DNA from: Elusimicrobiota bacterium
Lineage (GTDB): Bacteria; Elusimicrobiota; Elusimicrobia; F11
Direction: 5' to 3'
Assembly: GCA_044221725.1 (NCBI GenBank)
Contig: JBGAON010000005.1
Location: 224,001 to 288,000 of the forward strand
DNA: 64,000 nt
Shown: positions 15,001 to 27,000 of the stretch, in pieces
How the letters are laid out: each line of letters opens with the position of its first letter
Numbering within the stretch: the first letter of the stretch is position 1
Notes under the pieces: model-generated
Databases searched by the model: none
Seen by the model: only the letters and a program-made list of their open reading frames with translations
What the model was told of the DNA's origin: nothing
Program-made: the position numbers and the translations under genes

Positions 15001-18000
15001 ACCACGCGCACGCTGGTTGAATTCGAGCAAACGAACGGCCGCGACAATCAAATGCAGGTGCTCGCGTCGTCGTTCCAATACGATCCGGTGGACGACCGAC
15101 TGATCAATGCCTGGAGCTCGGGTTCGTTCGCGGGTCAAGCGGGCAACGGCGATATTTCGATTGGCACAATCCGGAACACGCACGTCATCATCAACAACCA
15201 ATCAAAGATTCTTGTGTCGCACCGCCATGTTGACACGACGAATTTGGACGGATCGTCGTCCATCGTCGACGAAGACACGCGCAATATTTTTGACGGTTCG
15301 GACGGCCGTCAGTTGAGCGCGACCGGACACGCGGTCACCGAATCGCGCGACGGGTTCGGCAATTCCACATTCTCAATCGCCGATCGCACCTACGAAATGG
15401 TGGCGGGCCAAGCGCGCATTGTGAAACAAACCACGCGTGCCGAGTCGTACGATATTGATCAACGTTTGTTGTCGGTGACGGATCCCTACACCCAGGTGAA
15501 CCGTTACGACGCAAACGGTCGGTTGCAAAGCGTGACGGACGAAGCGGGTTCGGACACGGTTCTGCTTCATCAATACAGTTTTGATTATGGTTACAACAAA
15601 GGCGTGATGCTGAACGATGCGTTGAGTGTCACCGAGAGCGTGGTGCGTCAGAAATTCACCGTGATCGAAGAACAGGCGCGTTTGCTCGAATCCACAACAA
15701 AGGCGCGCACGACGTTGCCCGACGGCTCTGTATCCGATCAGAATTCACGGCTCGAGAACACGTATTCGAAGCGCGGAATTTTGCTGGGCGCGCTCGGGAC
15801 CACAAACACGACGACAAACGATCCGTACGGTAACCAGACCGAATCGATCGTGAAGCAAAGTTTTAAAGTGATCCGCGACCAAGCAAAATTGGCCACGCAA
15901 TCGACGGAAGTTTTTTCGCGCGATCCCGAAGGGCACACAACGTCGCATCAATTGCCGGTGTCTCTCGTGTACAACTACGACACCCTGGGCCTGTTGCAGA
16001 GCGTGACCGACTGGCGGGGCCGTTCCGACATTCGCAGTGAAACGCAAGGATTCGATTGGGCCTTCGATGATTCGTCGGGAATGCGTCAATTGATCCAAAC
16101 CGGCCGTTCGGTAACGCAAACGGTGCAGACGTACCGTGTGATCAACAATCAAGCGCGCATTGATACGCAGCAGAACGAAACGTTTGGATACGATAATCAG
16201 TCGACAGTGACGTCGCCGAACGGTCATGTGGTGACGCACATCGTGTACGGTCCGTCGAAGTTTGGTTACGACGGCCAAGCGCGTCTGATGCGTGTGAGCG
16301 ACGCTACCGCGAGTGAGCCGAGCGACAATGTCATTTCGGTGGTCACGGATCGTTACGATTATTCGGACGCGTCGCGACCCGATGAGGCCACGTCGCACAG
16401 CGTGCAATTTTCCGAGCAGTCCTACGGGGTGATCGCCGGGCAAAGCCGCTCCGTCACGGATACCGAAATGGTCGCAAACACCTACGATTGGAACGGCCGG
16501 CTCACGCAAGAATTGATTTCACCGTACGTGCAAACGACTCTCTACGGTGACGGCGTGTCGCGCATCGTTTACCAGGGCAACGGCCGTACGGTGAAAATGT
16601 TGGACGGCATCGGAATGGTGCTCGGTGTGGTGGGCGACGTCGGCACAACCGCGGTCGCGTCGCAAACGCGGTCGTACGAATACGCGGACAGCACGCAGTC
16701 GAATTTTGCGACGTCCATTAGCGAATCGGTTAACACGCAAACCTATTCGGTTGTGTCCGGACAATCGCGTCTCACATCGTCGGTGGCGACGACGACCACG
16801 ACCGGCGCCGATGGCGCGGTGAGCGATCTGGTTTCAACGAACTTCAATATCTACGACAAAAATGCGCGGCTCATTGAAGCGTACACCCACACGAATTCAG
16901 CGAGTCACAGCGGATTTAACGCGAGCGGTCTCGCGTGGGATACCACCACCAGCGAATCCGATTCACGCAACTTAATTATTAATGGCCAGAGTCGCGCGGG
17001 CCTCACCGTTACCCATTCCACGACGGTTGGTGCCGACGGTTCGCGCAACGAGCAAAATGGCGAACAAACGTTCGCGTACAACCGCTACGGTCAGTTGCTC
17101 GGCGCCAACAGCAATGGCACGTTCGTTTCGCACTCGGGTTTCGAAGCCGACGGCTCCGCTTGGGACGAAACGAACGGAACCACGCGGACGGCGTTCGCGG
17201 TGATCCGCGGCCAAGCGAGACAAGTCGACAATTGGTCGATTGCAAGCACCACCGTTCGCGACGGCACGACCACGCAATCGGTCACGCACACGCACAACGC
17301 TTACAACAGTGACGCGCAGCTCGTATTGACGGACGGAGCCGATCAAACCTTGGGCGAATCCGCTTCGCTCGCTGATGACGGATGGGGAAACAAAACCTAT
17401 TCCGGTGTGCTGAGCGCGAACGGACAGGAAATCGTGACCGCCGGCACGCAGCAAACATTCGAAATCATTTTGGGTCAAGCGCGCATGGTGAAGTCGGTTG
17501 CGGCGAGCCAAACTTTCAGTTTGGATGGCGGCACGCAACGTCAGCAGACGATTACCACATTCACGTTTGATCGATTTGGGCACTTGACCGGTTCGATGGG
17601 TCGCGGTTCGTTTGTGAGCGACGATCAAAGTCTCACAACGACGTTCGGCGATCCGACCGCGGGCACCGGCAACTTCCTTGACTACGAGGTAATCAACAAC
17701 CAAGCGCGGTTGCTCAAATCAACATCGATTTCCGATTCGACGGCCGTCGACGGAAGCCCCAGTCGTTCGATCTCGGTCACAAGTTACACGAACAATGGAA
17801 TGACCGGAAAATTGGAAGGCGCCACGGGCATGAACGCATCGATTGCGTTCGATTCGGAAGGAAACATCACGCAATCCGGTCTCATCAACAATCTCACGGT
17901 GGTGGCGGGGCGCCCGAGCGCCGAAATCGCAGTGGCCGGCGGCCTGAACACATTCGCTGTGATGTTCGGGCAGGCGCGCCAAGTTCTCGCGAACACGAAC

Positions 18001-21000
18001 ACGGTGACCTCCAATATTGATGGATCCGAGACAAGCCAAAATCTTTCGACGTTTACGGAATACCGTCTGGATTCGGGTCGCCTCAAGACGCAGCGTGGCG
18101 AAGGAACGTGGACGACCACCGATCCGCTCGGCAACATCACGGCCGGGCTCGTGCGCCAAGAATTCGACGTGATTACCGGCCAAGCGCGTCTCACCGCGTC
18201 CGACTCGTTCCGCACCTCGGCCGGACCTTTGTTTGCGCACACAAATGCGAGTGTTCGAAACACATACAACGCCAACGGAACACTGGTTCGGGCTGCGACG
18301 CTTTCCGAAAATTACAGCGCCGACGGATTGCTCAGCGTATCGAACACCGAGTCCACCTATCAATTTGACGCGAACAACCATCGCACGGCCGGCACGATCA
18401 CTTCCGATGTGAAACGTTACGACTACGACGCGTACGGCGGCGCGGACCTGTCGGTGGCCGTCGAGCGTGTGCGCAGCGTGAGCGACGAAACATACAGCCA
18501 GTTTGGCGTGGTGTTTGGTCCGTGGTCGTTCGACATCACGCGCCGCACCGGCGTGCACGCGGTGTCCGATCAGTCCAGCATGGACAGTGCGTACAGCCAC
18601 CAAGACATTCAAACCACGTATACCTACGACACCGTGAACGGCAGTCCGACAATGGGACAAGTAATTTCTGCTCACGGTGTGGGCACCGGGATTTCGCACG
18701 CGGGCAACGATACGCCCGAAGCGGATTGGGAAAATGTGAACAGCGCCGATTGGTGGGACACCACGCACAGTCTCATCGACCAGACATACACAATCATTCC
18801 GCTCGTTGTTGGGCCTTACACGGTGAACATCGCCAAGCAAGCAGCGAACACCACGAAGAGCGAAACCGTTGGTCGCGATTCGTCGTACAACCAACAGGTG
18901 CTCCGTGTCACGAACAATTATCGTTTGGACGGTCTGCGCATCGTGTTGGACAGCGCGCACGGCGACGGTGAAATTTTGGAAGCGCATTCGGGGGGGGATG
19001 GCACGATCCCCTTTCGTGGTGCCGACAACTCTTCTTCGCTCGATGAACACGCGTGGTACGACACATCGGTTGGAACCATTTCACAAGACTACGTGGTGTT
19101 CTTCGGCACGCTCGCGAAACTCCGTCACGTGCGCAACGAATCAACAAACGTCACACGCGAAGGCGCGTTCAGTCAATCGGTGTCCGATCAATTTAACACC
19201 TACACGCCGTACGGAAAACTGATCGGTGCGAGCGGTGACAGCACACAGACAAGCCATTCGGGTTCCGATATTCAATTCTTGTTTGACGCGGACTCATCGG
19301 ACAGCAATTCTCCGCGCGTGTTGCCGACGAACTGGAAAACCAAAACCGCGGATGCGCGCGCCGCGTTTTTGGCATTGCTCGGATCGATTGCGGCCACGCA
19401 CGATGGGCATCTTAATCCAAATCCGATCAATCCGTGGTGGGACTCGACGACCGCAACCACCCATTCGACGTACGCGATCTTGCGCGGTCAGCAGGCGCGC
19501 GTGATGAGTTCCGACACCGATTCAACCACGTTCGCGATCGATGGCGGTTTGTCGATCGGTTCCACGCACACCGACAATGTTTACGATCGTCGGAATCGGC
19601 TCGTGTCCGCGATCGCAAACGGATCGCAAGTGAACGATGACGGCAACGGCAATTACACGCTCACAACGAACAAACAGATTTTTACCGCGGTCAACGGTCA
19701 AGCGCGGGTCAGCGAGAGTTTTTCGGCGTCGGACCCCGCGTCCGCCGATGGATCGGTGTCGCATCAAGCGTCGTACACAAAAACCGGTTACACGCGCGAC
19801 GGTCGAGTTGACGCGTCTCAGACGAGCGGTAAAACCGCGTCGTGGTCCATCGATGCCGAAGGAAATATTACGACCTCCGGTGATTTCGATACGAACGGTT
19901 ACGTCGATCCCGTAAAAACGCCCGACAACTATCAAACGTTTGTGGTGCTGAACGGCCAAGCGAAAGTGCGCACCACGCATTCGGTCAGTCACACGGACAA
20001 TATAGACGGATCCATTTTCGAACAGACGCTCGACGTCGACAATGTCTATGAGCTCACGCACGAGCCGGCGAACAATCGGTTCATCGGTCGGCTCAAAGAC
20101 GGCGTTGGCCGCGGATCGTGGAGCGCCGATGACGGCGACGGAAATATCACGACCGGCGGCATCGCACAGGACTACGATTTCATCGCCGGACAAAACCGCC
20201 TGGTCAGATCCGCCCAGTACCGCGGCATTGCGCCGCAAACGCCGGGCATTGTGCGCGACCAAAACGGAATCTGGGTAAATATTCCGGCCCCGCTTTACAA
20301 TCAACCGGCCGGCGCGATCTACGCGCACCAAGAAAATTACACGGAAATTCGCTACGACACGAACGGCGCAATTCTGTGGAACCAAAATGCGAGCGATGTA
20401 TTCAACAACGAAGGCTTCCTGTCGCACTCGTTTCAGATCGCGCGGTACGACCGTGTGCAATTGAGCGACGGTCGTTGGGTGCGCACGACGGGCCACATCG
20501 ATGGCCGCACATCGCAATACGATTACAATTCGCCGGCCGGCACCATTGATTTGTCGGCGGCCATTGGGCTCACATATTTCAACACAATCGAAACGTACGA
20601 GCAGCTGGCCGCCGTGCAGTGGCCGATCACCGTCACACGCCGAACGCACGTGAGCACCGATTCGCGCAATTACGATTTGGCCGGTAGCTACAACCGGCAG
20701 AACGTGATTACCGATTACACGTACGACGATCGTGCGGTGCTCGACACCGCGCACGGACACGGTTCGTTCGTCACTCATTCCGGTCGCGATGTGGAAATTC
20801 CGGGCGACATTGAAGCGTCGTGGCGCGCGACGTTGCAATCGAATCCCGAACAAGTGTGGGACACAACGATCGGCACCGTCGACAATCATTTCCGCGTGAC
20901 GAAATTTGGTCCGCACAACGACGTTGGTATCGCGCGACAAGACCGTTCGCAATCGATCAGCAACACGGTGGGTCGCGATTTTTCGTACACGCACAACGAA

Positions 21001-24000
21001 AACATCACGTATCAAGCGTTCGCGCCGGCGAAACGGCCCGACAATTGGCCGACCGATCAGCGTTTTGTTCCGTTTGGCCTCGTGCTTCAAGCCGATTTGA
21101 ACGGCAACGGACAAATTGATGACAACGTGGATGGCAGCAACACTTACGAAAAAACCGAATCCGTTGGCACCACGTTGTCGCACAGCGGCCACAACGCCAA
21201 CGATTTGAACGCGCCGGCAAGCTTGGCGCTCGATTTGGCGGCGCTGCAATTCATGACCGAGTCCGACATTCGCACGCTCGGCAATCTTATGGTGGCGGAC
21301 CAAGCAACCTATCAAGGCTGGTGGGATACCACGAACGGCACCAACCACACCGCCTACGTGGATCCGGCCAAAACCTTCAATTCGCTGAAGGTCGAGACGC
21401 AAACATCGAACAGTCTCACGACGAGCCGCGATGGTTCGCAAACAATTTCGGACAACACGGTGACGTACAAGTACGGACGTCACCGCTTACCGACCGGAAC
21501 GCCGCTCACTTCTTCCTTAATATACGGCGCGACGAACGATGGCGCGCTGTTGTTGGGCGCGTACGGCGTTGGTAGTTCGATTCAAGACGACGGCAACGGC
21601 AATTTGACCGTGACGGCGACCGAGCAACGCTACACCGTGACGCGCGGCCAGCGCGCCCAGGTGAGCGAGTCGCTCAGCGTTTCGGATTCGTCGGGGTCGG
21701 ATGGCGGCGTGTCGCACCAACTGTCGCTGGTCAAATTTCATTACGACAACCGGGGGCGTTTGGACGCGAATCTTCCGGCCGAAGGCTTCGGCGCGAACTT
21801 TGCGATTGATGGCGATGGAAACATTACCTCGGGCGGCGCGATCGGAACGAAACTCGCGAGCGAAATTACACCGTTCGATGTCACCGATGAAAAGGTTTTG
21901 GCGTTCGTGGCCGACGCGAGCGGCGCACCGCAATTTAATGCGGCCGAAGGAATTGTTGGAAGTTACGGTTCACGTCAGACGTTCACGGTTGTGAACGGCC
22001 AAGCGCGCGCCATCGAAACGAACAGCGTGAACCGTATTGATGGATCGGACGGTTCGGTTCAAATCCAAAAAACCAAAGTGACGAACGCGTACAACGCGAT
22101 CGGTCAGCTCGCGTTGTCGGCAAACGGCCGCGAGACCGCGGGCACCGGAACATGGGTGACGTACGATGCGGACCCAGCGATCGCCAACGGCTTGGGCAAC
22201 GCCACGCGCGGCGGGATCTGGACCGACTTCAATATCGTGATTGGCCAAGCGCGCGTGGTGCACAGTCAGCAGAATGTGGGTCTCCTTCGCCTGGCACCGA
22301 ACCTCACGCGCGACACGAACGATTCGGACAACGACGGTGACACGCTGGAGTGGGTGGACGTGTCGGCGCCGCTCTTCAATCAAACCGTGGGTGCTTTGCA
22401 CGCACATTCCGAAAATTATTCGGAAACGTTCTACGACGCGGACGGCGTGATCACGCTGTCGCAATCGGCGAACAACAATTTCAGCAACGATGAGATTGTG
22501 ACGCACTCCTGGCAGAAAGCCGAATATTTGCGTGTCCCGTTCGAGGGCCGCATGGTGCGCACCGATGGCTTTATCACGGGAAAAACGTTCCGTTACGATT
22601 ACGACGCCTCGGCCGGCACCATCGACACTTCACAAGAGCTCGAAAAGACCGTGTTCGACACACACGAAATTTATCAGTTGTTCGGTCCGAACAACGTGGT
22701 GCGCCGCGCTGAGACCGATACAAACTCGGTCAGCTACGGAATGGACGGTTCGTACAACAAGCAGAATCTCGTAGTGAATTACACGTGGGATAATCTGACC
22801 GCAAAATTGCGCGGTGCGGTCGGCACTGGCGGATTCGTGAGCCATTCGGGCCGTGACGACGAAGGCCGAACATGGGAAAACACGATCGCGAACCATCAAA
22901 ACGAAATTTGGGACACAACGAGTGGCGCGCTTGAACAACATTTCCGCGTTTACGATTTTGGGCCGACGGATAAAAACGGCGAGCAACCGGTTGGCATCGC
23001 GCGGGTTGTTGAAACCGTCAACGTTACGGATACCGTGGGCCGCGATTTGTCTTATTCGCACGCGCGCTCCGTGAACACGACCGATTACGACGCGCGCACG
23101 TTGCGTCTTGTTTCCGCGTCGGGCACGGTGGATTCGGTAACGCATTCGGGAAGCAACACGGCTCTGTTGGATCCGTTCACGACCGCGAACAACGTAAACG
23201 TGAATGCGAACACCTCGACCTGGCAAACTCTCGCTGCGCAAAAGTCTGATTGGTGGGACGAAGGCGTTCAGCACACGGCGCAGACGTACAAGATCATTTA
23301 CAACCAACAGAAGCTGCTGCAGACCGTAACCGATTCGAGCACGCAATCGAAAGATTTAAGTACGAGTTGGCAGCAAATGATCGTCGATTACAAATACGGC
23401 CGCACGCGCCCCGTGTCGCCGCGCGATTCCGATCCGACCACCGCGTGGGAAAACGCGCTTAACTCTTCTGCTGTTTACGGCGCCACAAACAACGGACCGC
23501 TCATGCTCGGCGCGTACGGTCATGGCACATTCGGTTCGCAAGATGGCGCGGGCTCGATTACCGTGGGATCCATCGAACAAAAATTCCGCGTCGTGCGCGG
23601 CCAACAAGCGCGGCTCGGTTCGCAAACAACAGTGTCCGATAGCACGGCGGCCGATGGTAGCCCGAGTCATTCGCTGAACACCGTGAAATATTTCTACAAC
23701 GAACGAAACGGTCGGCTGGACAAAGATCATGTGGGCGGCCCGGCGATCGGTTACGGAGCTTCGTGGTCGGTTGATCAAGAAGGCGCGACCACCTTGTCGG
23801 GCGCGTTGCGCACAAAATTTGTGAACGAAGCGACGCCGTACGATGTAACAAACGAAAAGGCGGTCGCGTTCTTGGACATCGACGGGGATTTGCCGAGCGG
23901 CCTCAGCGATTTGAATCAGCGCATCGGCATTATTGAAGCCAACGGCGCCAGTGTTTCAACGCTCGCCGGGCAGCTGGGCCTGCGTCAAACATTCCGGTTT

Positions 24001-27000
24001 GTCGCCGGACAAGCGCGACTTGAAGACAGCACGAACATCAGCCGAACCGAAGGTGTGGACGGATCGTTTAACATCACGCGCACAACGGTGCACAATATTT
24101 ACGATGAGAGCGCTCGCCTCGGCGGCGGCCAATTAATAGGAGCAACAGGAGCCGGTCGCTGGGCCACGTGGAACGACACCGAAGGATTTCGCGTCGGTGC
24201 GGCACCGGGGTACCCACCGTACGGAACCATTTGGCAGCACTACGCCGCGCTTGGCGGACAGGCGCGTTTGTTGGAATCCAAACAACAGCGCGGCGAAGTG
24301 GAATTGAGTCCGAATTTCTCGCCGTCGTTGCCCGGCGGTGATTGGGATATTTCGGCCGGCGCGACGCTGTACGGCGCGGCGATCGGACCCGATCCGATTT
24401 ATGCGCATATCGAAAGTTACGTTCGCAACGATTACACCGCCGACGGTGTGCTGCTCGAATCGCGCAATGCGTCGGAAAATTATTCGACCGACGGCCTCAT
24501 GAACCGAGCCATTCAAAACAGCATTTATACGGTTAAAAATTTCACCGACAGCCAAGGGAATATTTATACGGTGCGGGATCAAGGCGTCATCCGCGGTCGC
24601 ACAAATCGCTTTGCGTACGATCACGATGTTCCATCCGGACAATGGATCGTCGACACAACGCAGCCGCTCGACAATTCGTGGTTCAACACCGTTGAGACCT
24701 ACAGCACGTGGGAACTGGCGGGACCCGTTCGGCCAAATATTCTTACGCGCCGTATGTTTACGGACACCGAATCCGAATCCACCTCGATCGACACATCGCT
24801 CAACCATCAATGGCTCGCGACGCGTTACGTCTATGATTTGAACGGTGTGCTCACTGACGCGCATGGCACCGGTCACTTCTATTCGAACTCCGGTCGTTCG
24901 CCGTTAAACGGCCAGGCCTACGATCTCACCGAAGGTCGCATCGATCAGAATTACGAAATCATCAATGTGAGCCCGGGCTCAATCGCTCCCGAATTGCGCG
25001 TGGGTGTGGCGCGTCTGAAAGAAGTGGCCACCGATCAGCGCACGCTGTCGATCGATGGAAGCCGCAACGTGTCACATTCGGTGATCACGTACGTGAACAG
25101 TCCGCTCACGACCCGGCTTGTGTCAGCGAGCGGCACGTCAAATTTCTCGAGCAGCGATCAATTTGGGAACGCCAGCAGCGGTCGCACCGATCAAGAATTT
25201 GTCGTGCGCGCGAACCAAGCACGCTTGTGGCGATCGACCACGAATTCGTGGAGCGACGACTCGACTCGTCTGAATACCTGGTCCGCCGAACTGTCGAACG
25301 TTGTTCCATCGGAAATACCACCCGCACGCGTGGGCCCAATTCGCTCGACAACGCTTTCCGGCGCGGGCACGTTCGAAAACCCGGCCGAGAACCGCGACGG
25401 CACGAAGAGCCGCCAAACGATGGTGGTGACGAACGCGTACAACCGATACGGCCGGCTCGTCAACGAAGCCGATATGCTGATCAACGGCAACGTGCAGCAC
25501 GTGAAAACCGAAGGCAATGGAACATCGTGGAGTTTCGACGGGTTGTTTGCGTTCAATGGCGCCACCGTGCATCAAGACTTCATGATCACACGGTCCCAAC
25601 AAACGCGACTCAGCCGTGTCGACAACTATGGTTTTAGCACCGACGAGAACGACAGCAACCGCTACGGCTTCACGAATCCGTACGTGAATCCGTTGACCGG
25701 CGAATGGAATATTTCGCACACGGCCGTCGATTATTCGCAGTCGTACGACCGGTTCGGTCGGCTTACGGGTGTCGCGCCGTTCGCGGCATCGCCGAACGTG
25801 TCGGATCCGTTTGTGAACATGGCGTTGTCGTACGACGGCATCTCAAATTTCACGCGCACCGAAATTAACACCGTGAACGACGAAACAATTTGGTTGAACT
25901 CGGGCCAAGCAAAGACCGCGCAATCGGTGGCCACAAGTTACACGGTGCAATTGGCACAAAACAATCCGAGTTTCCGGTTCCAGGATTACATCGGTACGTT
26001 CGACAATCCGGGTTTATCCGCTACCGGTTGGCAGCGTTCGATTGGAACAACCTATTACCGTTCGGATAACAATTCGCGCCGCGTGTACGACGAATCGGGC
26101 CGCGTCGTGGGTCAAGCGCCCTGGAGCGTCACGAAATCGCAGCGCTTCAACGCGCTCGGAATTCCGGGTGTCGACATCAATTACGACGCATCAATCAGCT
26201 ACGGCAGCACGAACGACCTTATTTGGCGAGAGACAGGCGCGCAGCGGTCCGATGAACAAGTCACGCGGTCGTGGAGCGCCGACGCGGACTTCGCGAACTC
26301 GTTCACGAATTTTAGTTTTGACAATCCCAACATCTCCGCGTTGACGGGGGAAGGCAGCACGAGTTGGAGCTTGCTTGATTCGCGAGGTTCTTACTACACC
26401 AGTGGTACCAACATTGGTCGCATCAACCGCGATGCGGCGCCGCGCACGTACGGAGGAAGCTGGCAGCACAATTTTGATGGCACGGCCGTGCGCAGCGATA
26501 ATGTCACCGAAAACGACGTTGCTGTTTGGGCCGCGTCCGGAAAAGTGACACCGCGCACGGTCACGAACACGAGCTGGACGACCGACTGGGCATCGCGGTC
26601 CGCGTGGACGATTCCCGGCGTGACGGTGTTGGGTCTTGATGCGAACGGTAGCCAAGTGGCGGGCCTCACAGCGATTTGGGGCGGTCATAGTTTTGATACG
26701 CCGTACGTCGGACCGACAGGGTGGCAGCGTTCGATTGGCTCCACGTATTTTGCGAACGCGGACAATTCGAAGCGCGCTTACAATTTGTACGGTCGCCCCA
26801 CCGGCGACGCGCCGTGGAGCATCACGCAGTCGCAGCGATTCAATTCGCTCGGTGTGATTGGTGTCGACATCAATTACGACGCGTCGATCAGCTACGCGAC
26901 ATCCAACAACACAATCTGGCAAAAGACCGGCACGCAGCGTTCCGATGAGCAAATCACGAAAACGTGGAGCGCGACCGAAAACTTCGTCGATTCGTTCGCG

